64,000 bases of DNA from Nitrospirota bacterium (GTDB lineage: Bacteria; Nitrospirota; UBA9217), in NCBI GenBank assembly GCA_963740085.1, contig CAVUCU010000007.1, positions 217,618-281,617 on the forward strand. Reading direction: 5' to 3'. Positions 1 through 9,998 of the stretch are shown piece by piece. Made by a program: the position numbers and the translations under genes. The notes beneath the pieces are model-generated. The model was not told the origin of the DNA. It saw nothing but the letters and a program-made list of their open reading frames with translations, and made no database searches. The first letter of the stretch is position 1; the number at the start of each line of letters is the position of its first letter.

Positions 1-572
1 GGGATGGCCATCTCTTTCGCAACCCGCTTCGAGACCGCTTCGATGTCGTCGCCGATAAGACCCACAGGACACTCAGAGAGTATGCCTATGCCGCGTCCGA
101 GGGGAAAGAGTCCTTTTAATTCTTTCAGGGCCAGATCAAGGCCTTTGTCACCGCCGTACACGATGTCTTTTTCCTGGAAATCGGTCGTGATATGCATGGT
201 GCCGAAGGCGTCGATGCCGGTCTGACCGTTATAATAATTCCGGCGCGACCACCAGGAGTACTGCCCGCAACCGACAGGACCGTGGCTGACGGTGATCTGG
301 TCCTTCACCGGACCCCACACCACGCCCTTGGCGCCCGCGTACGCGCAACCGCGCACGGTCATGACGCCGGGCCGGGACTTGACGTTCGACTTGACCTGGC
401 AGGAGCTGCACTGGCCCGTGGGGTCGTTGGCGGCCAGATGTTTCGCCCGCACCTTCTTCGACTTTTCCGGGTACGCATCCAGGATCTCTTCGATCATTTT
501 CTGGGTATCTTTGATCTTCCCGCTCACGGGTTTCGCATCTTTGATTTCTTTGTCTTTCACTTCAGTGCTCAT
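1..572 (-). CDS. nifD: Nitrogenase MoFe protein alpha chain, N-terminal part (runs off the window start; not in the ORF track)
   Basis: Manual translation from ATG at 572 (RBS GAAGGAGG) gives MSTEVKDKE...[18 protein letters not shown]...[19 protein letters not shown]...[14 protein letters not shown]...[13 protein letters not shown], which includes the three P-cluster Cys motifs. Lies directly downstream of nifH. Confidence 0.97.
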   Translation of the reverse strand, partial: MSTEVKDKEIKDAKPVSGKIKDTQKMIEEILDAYPEKSKKVRAKHLAANDPTGQCSSCQVKSNVKSRPGVMTVRGCAYAGAKGVVWGPVKDQITVSHGPVGCGQYSWWSRRNYYNGQTGIDAFGTMHITTDFQEKDIVYGGDKGLDLALKELKGLFPLGRGIGILSECPVGLIGDDIEAVSKRVAKEMAI

Positions 573-644
573 GACGCCTCCTTCAATTCCCGTAGTCAGG
601 AGCCCTCCTGGCTTCTGCTCCTGGCTTCTGTTCTCTCTGCTGTT

Positions 645-1544
<900 letters not shown>

Positions 1545-1603
1545 CTAAAAGCCTCGAAAGCTTTCCGAAAGTTTTTACCGACAATTTTACTATTCACGTA
1601 TAT

Positions 1604-1620
1604 AGCAATGCCCGTGCCAG
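1604..1620 (-). promoter_or_regulatory. Sigma-54 (-24/-12) promoter of nifHD
   Basis: Minus strand reads CTGGCACGGGCATTGCT, an exact TGGCAC-N5-TTGC match about 117 nt upstream of nifH. Confidence 0.9.
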
Positions 1621-1646
1621 GATCAATACGGGAGCGCCCTTCACCT

Positions 1647-1659
1647 CAATGCATTGATT
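1647..1659 (-). promoter_or_regulatory. IHF binding site upstream of the nif sigma-54 promoter
   Basis: Minus strand AATCAATGCATTG matches WATCAA-N4-TTR, about 27-40 nt upstream of the -24 box, the usual position in nif promoters. Confidence 0.65.
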
Positions 1660-1814
1660 TTATGCCGGCTTTGTTGGTGAGCGGTCCTGGCTCGCGAGTA
1701 AACGAAAATATTAATGCGACGCGCTTTTAATCACCGGCATAGAAAATAAGCACAAAGCGTGATTAACTATGGGAACGAGTCAGGGTATTTATGCAAATCC
1801 CATTCATTCAAATC

Positions 1815-1843
1815 TTGACAAAGGAACAACGAACCGCTATTAT
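1815..1843 (+). promoter_or_regulatory. Sigma-70-type promoter for the outer-membrane barrel gene
   Basis: TTGACA-N17-TATTAT. Confidence 0.7.
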
Positions 1844-1900
1844 TTTGAACCGGTCGTAACATATCGCTGTGTGTAAGTCTTTATTCGTTCAAAAAACGAG

Positions 1901-2929
1901 GTGATCGTGATTGCCAGAAAAGCATCTATGCTTCTCTTCCTGATATTTTTTTTGTTCCCCCTAACCTGCGTTGCAGGGTACCTCGATAACAGCGGTGATG
2001 ACGAGCCGGATATTAATGCGGCCCTGGGGGTCCAGGGGTGGTTTTCCCAGGCAGACGCGAAGTGGCAGATATCCTTTCCCTATACCACCGCGGCTGGTGT
2101 TGCGGGTAAGATCGAGTCAAGGCTGGATTACCGAAAGATCGACAGCCCACTGGTCATCGCAACGGCTGGCGGGAACGTGGCGCCGCGATTTGCATTTGAT
2201 GTGGTATATGGATTCGGGTCGATCACGGGAGGCCGGGGAACGGATACAGACCGTTTTCTTCCGTCATCGGGTGGAGGCGTTGAATTCTCAAAGTCAACAA
2301 ACAGCCTCGACGGTGATGTACGGCTCTGGGGCATCAACTTCTACTACAATACCAGCCGGTTCGCTGATACGCAGGCCGGCCCCTGGGGTTTTGTGCTGGG
2401 TTTTCTCCATTACGGGGACAACCTTCGGATGACAAACGCCGTGCAAACTGTTTCCGTGCCCTTCGACGGGACCATCTTTCCTTTACTCGGACCCTTCCCG
2501 GCGAACCAGGTGCTCAACTCTACCTACGATTTTTCCTGGAACCTGTTGAAGACGGGAGTAGTGAACCATGCGGAGCTGACAGAAGGTCTTACGTATACCG
2601 GTACGCTCTCGATCTTTCCCTATGTGGACTACCAGGGGGAGGGATATTGGAACCTGCGCGCCGGAACGAATCCGTCGGATTTCAGACTTCAATCGCCTAA
2701 CTTTATTCAGAAGTCAAAAAAAGGGTATGGATATGAAATATCGCTGGGGTTGGGGTATGATATTTGGGAGAATGTGGAACTGTCGGCAGGATACCGGTAT
2801 ATGTACCTCTATGCGGGCAACGGGACCGATACGGTCTATTTCGCGGACGGTTCCACAGTCGAATCAACCCTCGACTGGGTGACCGTTTCCCGGCACGGGG
2901 CATATGCCGAATTGTTTTTCAGATTTTGA
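1901..2929 (+). CDS. Outer-membrane beta-barrel protein, omptin-like
   Basis: Signal peptide, alternating aromatic/hydrophobic beta strands and a C-terminal Phe (ELFFRF). The SRLDY, DTD and GYWNLR segments resemble omptin-family proteins, but the family is tentative. Confidence 0.6.
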   Translation: MIVIARKASMLLFLIFFLFPLTCVAGYLDNSGDDEPDINAALGVQGWFSQADAKWQISFPYTTAAGVAGKIESRLDYRKIDSPLVIATAGGNVAPRFAFDVVYGFGSITGGRGTDTDRFLPSSGGGVEFSKSTNSLDGDVRLWGINFYYNTSRFADTQAGPWGFVLGFLHYGDNLRMTNAVQTVSVPFDGTIFPLLGPFPANQVLNSTYDFSWNLLKTGVVNHAELTEGLTYTGTLSIFPYVDYQGEGYWNLRAGTNPSDFRLQSPNFIQKSKKGYGYEISLGLGYDIWENVELSAGYRYMYLYAGNGTDTVYFADGSTVESTLDWVTVSRHGAYAELFFRF

Positions 2930-2937
2930 TGGAGAAA

Positions 2938-3768
2938 CTAAAACCTCGGCAGTGGATCGGACAGCGTGCCGCCAAGACTGAACTGATAGAACCCCTCGGC
3001 ATCCTTGTTCTTTAAGAGAGCTACGAGCCCCTCCTGTTCCCTCGCCAAACGCTCCGACAGCTTGAGCTTCACCGTCAGATTGAGCGCGCCACGCTCGCGC
3101 AAGATCAGGTCACCCAGACACCGAACCTTCAGTTCCTTGCCCTCGAGCTCCAGCTTTTTGATCGTCAGGCGGTCACCTTTGACCTCCGCCTCAAGCCAGC
3201 ACTGTTCAAAGTCAAGGTCCGGGATAGAGAACCCCTTGATCTTCAATTCCCGGGAGGCCAACCCCTTGAGCCACAACCTCCCTTTGCCCGAATCGCCGGT
3301 CATCTCGAAGTTCCCGCCCAATTTGCCTGACAGCTTGAGACCAAAATCCTTCAGCAATGCGTATGACCCGACATCCAGCCCGTTGCCGTCAACCAGAAGA
3401 TACTGTCTTCCTGGCCTATCCTGTACCTTCACCAGAAGCTCACCGCCGTAGGCCTGTGCCTTCATGTCAAGCGAGGACCGCCCGCGAAGCAGATTGAAAA
3501 GCGAGATCGTGGTCCTGACGGACGGGCTCTCGAACAAAACCCTGCCGGACTTTTCCGACACGACCACATCCGAAAGTACGAAGCGATTGAAGAACCGGGG
3601 CGAAATGCGCGTAACGGAGAGAACAAACGGCGTGCGCAGGCGGACCTCGGATTCCAGTTTTGTCTTGACCCGGTCAAAGGGGAAGAGCAAAAGAAGAAAG
3701 ACCAGAAATGCCGCAACGAAATACGCGGTAAATGACAGCCTTCGGATGAGTGTTTTTTTATCGGGCAT
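2938..3768 (-). CDS. gspN: Type II secretion protein N
   Basis: Last gene of the gsp operon; N-terminal TM ending in FPFDRVK, beta-rich body and C-terminal GTLSDP. Start chosen at ATG 3768. Confidence 0.75.
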   Translation of the reverse strand: MPDKKTLIRRLSFTAYFVAAFLVFLLLLFPFDRVKTKLESEVRLRTPFVLSVTRISPRFFNRFVLSDVVVSEKSGRVLFESPSVRTTISLFNLLRGRSSLDMKAQAYGGELLVKVQDRPGRQYLLVDGNGLDVGSYALLKDFGLKLSGKLGGNFEMTGDSGKGRLWLKGLASRELKIKGFSIPDLDFEQCWLEAEVKGDRLTIKKLELEGKELKVRCLGDLILRERGALNLTVKLKLSERLAREQEGLVALLKNKDAEGFYQFSLGGTLSDPLPRF

Positions 3769-3790
3769 GATTTGAAATATTTCGACTGTC

Positions 3791-4291
3791 CTACTCGGCG
3801 CTTGAAACAAGGATCGTTGCGTTCAGCACTTTGGGATTATCAAACCGGGGCTTGAAGTTCAGCTTCTTGATCCGAAGCCCGTCCTGCTCGAGCTGATAAA
3901 GGTAACTCACAATATCGTAGAGCGTAACGCTATCGAGTCTTATCTCGACGATGCTCTCCTTGAACTCCTCGGTCTGGACTCCCTCCTGCGGCTTGAGAGA
4001 TACGATTTTACTGCCCAGATTCGCCCGTTTGGTGATATTCTCGATCTCGGTCAGCAGCGGGCCGCGCTTCGCCGCAGCAGCCTGTGCCTGCTGCAGGCGC
4101 TTCTGCATCTCAAGGTACTGTTCCTTGAGCACGCGCATCTCCACCAGGTCCCGTTCCTTCTTCGGGAGCAGCTCGCGTTTTCGGTCCAGATCGGACGTCA
4201 GCGGAGACACCACGAATACATAGAGCAGGATGATTGCCGCCACTATCCCGCCGATGATGAGCGTTTTCTTATCTCTTTGTTCCAGTTTCAA
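3791..4291 (-). CDS. gspM: Type II secretion protein M
   Basis: RDKK followed by one TM helix, a coiled coil and a ferredoxin-like C-terminus; follows gspL. Confidence 0.8.
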   Translation of the reverse strand: MKLEQRDKKTLIIGGIVAAIILLYVFVVSPLTSDLDRKRELLPKKERDLVEMRVLKEQYLEMQKRLQQAQAAAAKRGPLLTEIENITKRANLGSKIVSLKPQEGVQTEEFKESIVEIRLDSVTLYDIVSYLYQLEQDGLRIKKLNFKPRFDNPKVLNATILVSSAE

Positions 4292-4318
4292 GGAATACCC
4301 CTGGATATGATCTTACGT

Positions 4319-5653
4319 TCACAACGTCTGTTTCAATTTAATTTCGAAACGGAATTTCACCTTGTTGTCCACTCCCATGCGCGTGTCCAGCACGGCTACC
4401 TCGGCAAACAGCGGCGACTTCTGGAGCTCGGCCTTCATCTTGTCCATGGAATCGAAAGACGCCGCCTCGCCCTGGAGCTTCAGCCGGTCCCCTTCCATGT
4501 TGAACTCCTGAAAGCTCACCCGGACCTCCTTGGGGATCCCCTCGGTCACCGCCTTCATTACGTCGAGCGCCGACATCCCCGTGCCGAGCACACCGAACTT
4601 CTTTTTTGCTTCGTCAAGCCTGGTGCGAAGCTGCCGCACGGGGTCGACAATGACCTTGGCGTCAGGAAAGGTCTGACGGTATATCGCGTTGATCTCGCGA
4701 TCAAGCTTCCCGTAGCTAGACTCGACGAGGTACGACTTTACTCCGATGTTCGCCGCGACAAGCGCCACCGCAATAACGCCGGCGATAATAAGGGTGCGTT
4801 TTCTCTTGCGTATGCCTATGTCGACCATGCGATACGCGAACTCCCCCTTGCGGAAGTTGGTTTGCTCGGACAACGCGAGCCCGAGACTCACCGGGTCGTC
4901 GGCCTTCTTCCCCCTGAACTCAGGTGTAACATACTCCACGGCAACTCCGAGGTCGGCAAGCGATGCACTCAAACGGTCGTTCGGGGACAACAGGTATGCC
5001 TTCTCCACCCGCTCGCCGCCGTCGCCTTCGATCGCCTTCAGCGTGTGGTCGATCGCCGCGGTGGGTTGAACGCTCGAAAAGCTCCTGCAGGCGGTTATCG
5101 AACTTCCTGACTTCGTGCAAAGGTCGCTGCCGTCGATCAGGACAGCACTTCCCTCCACGGGGACCATCTTCGAAACAAAATAGAGGCCGATATAGGAAGG
5201 TACAATGACCTGCGGATCAATACCGGCCGAGGCAAGAAGATCGAGGTGCCGTCGCAGTACCGACTTGGGCAGCAGCATGCCAAGCACCGATGCCTCTGTC
5301 TTTTTATCGGCATTTTTTCCCGCCTTGTCCAGGATAAAGTGATCGATCTCTACATCGTCAAGAGGAAAGGGCAGGCTGTCCTCGATCTCGAAGGGCAGGG
5401 CCTTTTCAATGCGTTTGCGGTCGACGAAGGGGAAGTGGACGATACGCTGGCTGAAATGGCGGCCGGGGATCGAAGAGACGATCCGGGCGCCTGCCCATTC
5501 CGCGGACTTCTCTTTCAGGATATCTACCAGTTCCGCATCGGTGGCAAAGGCGCGGTTGAAAGAGTCTATGAACTCTGTTTTTTGACGCAGGCCGGTCACG
5601 ACGACCGACACGGCCACCCGTCCTTGATCGATGTTCAGCCCGACGATCTTCAC
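4319..5653 (-). CDS. gspL: Type II secretion protein L
   Basis: Actin-like N-terminus (IVGLNIDQG, LPFEIEDSLPF), NFRKGEFAY before a TM helix, PilN-like C-terminus. Confidence 0.88.
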   Translation of the reverse strand: MKIVGLNIDQGRVAVSVVVTGLRQKTEFIDSFNRAFATDAELVDILKEKSAEWAGARIVSSIPGRHFSQRIVHFPFVDRKRIEKALPFEIEDSLPFPLDDVEIDHFILDKAGKNADKKTEASVLGMLLPKSVLRRHLDLLASAGIDPQVIVPSYIGLYFVSKMVPVEGSAVLIDGSDLCTKSGSSITACRSFSSVQPTAAIDHTLKAIEGDGGERVEKAYLLSPNDRLSASLADLGVAVEYVTPEFRGKKADDPVSLGLALSEQTNFRKGEFAYRMVDIGIRKRKRTLIIAGVIAVALVAANIGVKSYLVESSYGKLDREINAIYRQTFPDAKVIVDPVRQLRTRLDEAKKKFGVLGTGMSALDVMKAVTEGIPKEVRVSFQEFNMEGDRLKLQGEAASFDSMDKMKAELQKSPLFAEVAVLDTRMGVDNKVKFRFEIKLKQTL

Positions 5654-6546
5654 AACGCTCTCCAGTAATTTACGGTAAATCCTGAATTTGACCGCGTAAT
5701 AACAGCCTCGACCTGTTTTGTATATCCTCCCACGGTTGCGTAGGAATACACCTTGAAAACATTGCTCGTTTCAGTCAAAAAATTTGCAACCTGCAAGGTC
5801 GTGGACGGCAAAAAAGTGCTGTTGATACCGGGGAAGTCGCTGACCTTCGCGTGGTCGGTAAAGGGCGCTTTCTTTCGCTCTTCGATGATCAAGCCCGCCG
5901 CTCCTGAGTTTATCCCAAGGCTTTGCAGCACTTCCGCGGACGCGGTATTGATGTCAATCCTATCCACCTGGCTGGTTGTCACAAAATCTTTCACTTTGTT
6001 GTAATCTTCATCGCTCATGTATTGATGCAAACCCGTCAACAACCCGATATTCTTTATTCCGCTGGTATTCTGGGTCATGTTATCGAGAACGACGCGGTCA
6101 ATGCCATTATTCTCAAAAAGGGCGCTCAGCATGGCCTGCCTGTATGGGTTCGTCTGCATATCGGTGATCCTTATCTTCCCCGCTTCATCGTCCCACTTTA
6201 CCCTGAGTTCCACATCGTTTCCCGGCAAAAAAGGGACTGGCTGCCATTCCTGTTGTTCGAGATTGTCATAGATACTGGCCGTTCCCGTCACACCAGAACT
6301 GAGGTTGGCGGCGAGAAATCTTCCAACGAAATTTACGCCCGAGCGCGCAAGGTAGTAGGCGCGCTGGCTATTGCGAAAATTGACAGCCGCGCGAAGACTA
6401 ATCCTCGTACCATAGGCAAATTCAAAGATAAGCGCGATCAGGAGCGCCGTCACCAGGAGTACGATGATCAGCGCAACGCCGCGATCGCCCTTGAGAACTG
6501 CAGAATCTTTTGCTTCATGAGTCATAAGAGGCTTCACCGTCGACAC
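5650..6546 (-). CDS. gspK: Type II secretion minor pseudopilin K
   Basis: RGVALIIVLLV prepilin motif, AYYLARSG, DEAGKI and IDINTAS helix-hairpin-helix segment. Confidence 0.9.
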   Translation of the reverse strand: MSTVKPLMTHEAKDSAVLKGDRGVALIIVLLVTALLIALIFEFAYGTRISLRAAVNFRNSQRAYYLARSGVNFVGRFLAANLSSGVTGTASIYDNLEQQEWQPVPFLPGNDVELRVKWDDEAGKIRITDMQTNPYRQAMLSALFENNGIDRVVLDNMTQNTSGIKNIGLLTGLHQYMSDEDYNKVKDFVTTSQVDRIDINTASAEVLQSLGINSGAAGLIIEERKKAPFTDHAKVSDFPGINSTFLPSTTLQVANFLTETSNVFKVYSYATVGGYTKQVEAVITRSNSGFTVNYWRAL

Positions 6547-6549
6547 CGG

Positions 6550-7281
6550 TCATTGCCCAAGAGCGGCAGATCCCACTTCGACCTTCGTACTATAGAGAGA
6601 ATCATCATCGAGCACAAGCGTGATCTCCACCGCCTTCGGGAGCTGCAGCGATCGCTGGGAAATGTTGTCCCAGTCGTCGCTCCACGCTAACCCGTTAAAA
6701 TACCTCAGCCGCAGACTTTTGATCCGCTCCGTAAGAGCATAATCCATGCCGCCCTCGAGCGGAGTATTCTCCATGCCGAACTCCCGTTTTTCCATCCGGA
6801 TCAGCATAGTGCCGTTCTTTTCAGGTGTTTCCTCGAACCGGTAGCCCACCTCCCACAGATCGGTCTCTTTTGAATTTGGTTTGCGCCAGTTCGTCAGCGT
6901 CGTAAGGGCTATCGTATCGAACCGGGGAGCATCCAGTCCCGCGCTGGACTTCTTGCCGTAAAAAAAAGTTTCCTTCATGGACTGGTCGTAATAGGCATTC
7001 GAAATATCGTTCGAAAGCTTCGTCAGCAAGGTACGGGCGAGGTCCCCCGCGTCCCTTCTCGCCTCAGCCTGCGCCACGCCCCTGCTGGCCGTGGAAAAAC
7101 TTGCATAGATCACGGTCACGATTCCCGACATGATCGCCACCGCGATAAGAACTTCGAGAAGCGTGAAGCCCTTCGACTTACTATCACTGCTGTTTTTTGT
7201 TCTTGCTGTTCTGAACTCCGAACTCAGAACGGAGCCTGCCCTCGAATGTTTCAAGCGGGGGAACTCCGGACAGTTATTCAT
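6550..7281 (-). CDS. gspJ: Type II secretion minor pseudopilin J
   Basis: GFTLLEVLIA prepilin motif, W-x-D-D-W and LPKAVEITL. ATG at 7281 overlaps the gspI stop. Confidence 0.88.
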   Translation of the reverse strand: MNNCPEFPRLKHSRAGSVLSSEFRTARTKNSSDSKSKGFTLLEVLIAVAIMSGIVTVIYASFSTASRGVAQAEARRDAGDLARTLLTKLSNDISNAYYDQSMKETFFYGKKSSAGLDAPRFDTIALTTLTNWRKPNSKETDLWEVGYRFEETPEKNGTMLIRMEKREFGMENTPLEGGMDYALTERIKSLRLRYFNGLAWSDDWDNISQRSLQLPKAVEITLVLDDDSLYSTKVEVGSAALGQ

Positions 7282-7675
7282 AGTCCACCAGCTCCACCAG
7301 CTCCGTGCGCGTACCTTCCTTCCACAGGACCGCAATACGGATCTCGGTGATAAACACCGTGCTGAAAAGGGGGATCTGTGAAAGGGTCTTCTTCCAGGTG
7401 TAGTCTTTAAAGTTGTCCTCGTCCTTAAAGTCCCCGGCTTCCTCAACCGGCTGCCTGTTCTTGGACACGATCACGTCCACCATCATGCGTTTTGCAAGCA
7501 GGGTCGCGGTAGTAATATGTTCCGCCTGCGCAACATCCTGCATGGTCCTGCTCTGGAGTCCCAGGAGGATCACCAGCACCGTGGCCATGATCGACACGGC
7601 AACCATCACCTCGAGAAGGGTGAACCCGCTGTTTGTAAACTTGACCGTTGCCCCTTGACCCCTGACCCTGGTCAT
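7274..7675 (-). CDS. gspI: Type II secretion minor pseudopilin I
   Basis: GFTLLEVMVA prepilin motif; size and operon position fit. Confidence 0.85.
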   Translation of the reverse strand: MTRVRGQGATVKFTNSGFTLLEVMVAVSIMATVLVILLGLQSRTMQDVAQAEHITTATLLAKRMMVDVIVSKNRQPVEEAGDFKDEDNFKDYTWKKTLSQIPLFSTVFITEIRIAVLWKEGTRTELVELVDYE

Positions 7676-8232
7676 TTCCCCTCCACATATCCTTCGTGGA
7701 GTTCGGTGTCTCCGGAAAGCGGCTTCACGAGAAGCGTGAAATCCCGGCCTGATCCATCCCGCAGATAAATAAAAGCCTGTTCAACCCACCCGTCGGGAGT
7801 GAACTGGATGTAGGGATCATCAGGATGGCTGCTTACCCGTACGTCCCGAAACGTCGTCTGGCCGGAGAGGCTTCCCTCGGATGCGATCTCTGAAGAGAAG
7901 CGTTTGAATTCCACGGTCTGATCGTTCACCGGAGTCATGACCTCGGTCCAGTAGCGCCCCTCGTGGACATCGAATCTGAGACGGAATACCGCCTTCCGCG
8001 CCTGGGACTCGTCTTTCAGAAATCGTATCATGCCCGTCAGATGTCTGGCGCTGCGCTTCAGATTCGCCTCGCCGAGTTCGCCCAGACGGGGAATGATCAG
8101 CGTAAGCATGACCCCAAGGATCACGATGATAACCGTGAGCTCGATAAGCGTGAAGCCTTTTGAATTCGGATATGCGTGAAGATCTGCACGCTGTTCAACG
8201 CCAGGCTCCGAACTCCGACCTCCAAACTTCAT
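7672..8232 (-). CDS. gspH: Type II secretion minor pseudopilin H
   Basis: GFTLIELTVI prepilin motif and IQFTPDG motif. Confidence 0.85.
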   Translation of the reverse strand: MKFGGRSSEPGVEQRADLHAYPNSKGFTLIELTVIIVILGVMLTLIIPRLGELGEANLKRSARHLTGMIRFLKDESQARKAVFRLRFDVHEGRYWTEVMTPVNDQTVEFKRFSSEIASEGSLSGQTTFRDVRVSSHPDDPYIQFTPDGWVEQAFIYLRDGSGRDFTLLVKPLSGDTELHEGYVEGK

Positions 8233-8669
8233 TGCATCTTCCAGCTTTCAATGTCCGCGTTGTTGCCTTCACCGCCGGGCTCGTTGTCGGCGCCGTATGA
8301 AATGATCTCGTACTCCCTGTTCTCGCTTCCAGGAGAGATGTAGACATAATCCTTGCCCCAGGGGTCTTTCGGGATGCGCGCAGGCTTGAGATACCCGCCT
8401 TCCCGCCACTTCGTTGGAATACGTCCGACCGTGGGCATTGTGATCAGCGCTTCAAGCCCCTGCTCTGTCCCCGGGTAGAACCCGTTATCGAGCTTGAACG
8501 CATCGAGCGCGCCCTCCAGTGACCGGATCTGCGTTTTCGCAACCTCAACCTTCGCTTTTTCCTCCTGCCCGAGAAACTTCGGCAGCACCAGGCCTGCTAA
8601 CAGCCCGAGGATAATGATAACGACCATGATCTCGATGAGGGTGAAGCCTTTGAATTTATTTTTTTTCAT
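8229..8669 (-). CDS. gspG: Type II secretion major pseudopilin G
   Basis: GFTLIEIMVVIIILGLLA, YPGTEQGLEAL, PKDPWG and ISYGADNEPGGEG motifs. ATG at 8669 has RBS AAGGAG. Confidence 0.97.
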   Translation of the reverse strand: MKKNKFKGFTLIEIMVVIIILGLLAGLVLPKFLGQEEKAKVEVAKTQIRSLEGALDAFKLDNGFYPGTEQGLEALITMPTVGRIPTKWREGGYLKPARIPKDPWGKDYVYISPGSENREYEIISYGADNEPGGEGNNADIESWKMQ

Positions 8670-8746
8670 AGCAACTCCTTTTAAGCCCATATTCGCTGCC
8701 CGGCAAGAGATATTGTTCTGACCCCTGACTCCGTATGCTCTCCGTA

Positions 8747-9967
8747 TCACTGCACTCCCGAGCTCATCTCGAGCATCGGCAGCATGATAGCGATCACCAC
8801 AAAACCGATGACCAGGCCCATGGCAAGGATGATCACCGGCTCCAGGAGCGCCATAAGTCCGGTAAGTTTCGTTTCGACGGTCCGGTCGAAGGAGTCCGAT
8901 ATCTTGAGCAGCATCTTCTCGAGCTCACCGCTCTTTTCTCCCACGGCCACCATCTGCACCACCACCGGAGGAAACAGGCCGCTCCTGCGGAGCGGATCGG
9001 CGATGGGCTCGCCTTCACGCACGTTCTCGCGCGCCTTCACCACCGCGTTCGCGAGCACCGAGTTGCCGATCACGTTCCTGACGATATCGAGGGCTGCGAG
9101 CGTGGGAACGCCGCTCTGGAGCAGCGTACCCAGCGTGCGCGTGAACCGTGAAACGGCGATCATGCGGATGAGCGACCCAAAGACCGGCAGCCGGAGCAGC
9201 CGCGCATCGATATTTTCCTTCCCTGCCTGTGTCCGCGCGTACCGCCTGATGAAGTAGGCCCCGCCGGCCAGCGCGAGCAGAAGCGCCCACCAGAAGGTTG
9301 AGAGGAACCTTACCACGGCAAGGAGCATAAGGGTGATAAAGGGAAGCTGCTGCTTCATGTCCTGGAACATGCCGATGATACGGGGCATGACAAAGCTGAA
9401 GATGAAGAGAAGCATGCCAAGGCCGATGATCGACATGAACGCCGGGTACGCGAGCGCAGCGGCGATCTTGCCGCGAAATCTGATCTGTTCGTCAAGAAAG
9501 TCTGCAAGCCGGTCAAGCGTGATCTCGAGGGTCCCGCTTGCCTCGCCCGCTGAGACCATGTTGATGTAGAGCGGGGAAAAGACCTTCGGGTTTTCCTTGA
9601 GCGCATCAGCCAGCGACGCGCCCTCGCGCACCCCGTCACGCACCGAAGAAAGCGCTCCTCTCAGGCTGACATTCTCCTCCTGCTCCACGAGAACGGTGAG
9701 TGAATCCATAAGGGGAAGGCCGGACGACAGGAGCGTCGAAAGCTGGCGGGTCGCATTCGCCACATCGGCGAGCCGCACCCTGCTCCCGAACCTGAAAGAC
9801 AGGGTCTCGCGCCGGGCCGCTCGCGTGGAAGCCCCCTCGCGGATCTCAAGGACGATGACCCCTTCTTTCTTGAGTTTCGACTTGACAGCCTTGAGGCCTT
9901 CACCGTCCTGAACGCCGGAAACGTTCCTGCCGCCGCTCGTGACGCCTTTATATTCGTAAACCGGCAT
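8747..9967 (-). CDS. gspF: Type II secretion inner-membrane platform protein F
   Basis: MPVYEYK start, AGEASGTL, AVGEKSGEL and LLEPVIIL motifs. Confidence 0.97.
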   Translation of the reverse strand: MPVYEYKGVTSGGRNVSGVQDGEGLKAVKSKLKKEGVIVLEIREGASTRAARRETLSFRFGSRVRLADVANATRQLSTLLSSGLPLMDSLTVLVEQEENVSLRGALSSVRDGVREGASLADALKENPKVFSPLYINMVSAGEASGTLEITLDRLADFLDEQIRFRGKIAAALAYPAFMSIIGLGMLLFIFSFVMPRIIGMFQDMKQQLPFITLMLLAVVRFLSTFWWALLLALAGGAYFIRRYARTQAGKENIDARLLRLPVFGSLIRMIAVSRFTRTLGTLLQSGVPTLAALDIVRNVIGNSVLANAVVKARENVREGEPIADPLRRSGLFPPVVVQMVAVGEKSGELEKMLLKISDSFDRTVETKLTGLMALLEPVIILAMGLVIGFVVIAIMLPMLEMSSGVQ

Positions 9968-9998
9968 GAATTAAAATACCGTAGACAGCAGTCAGAAT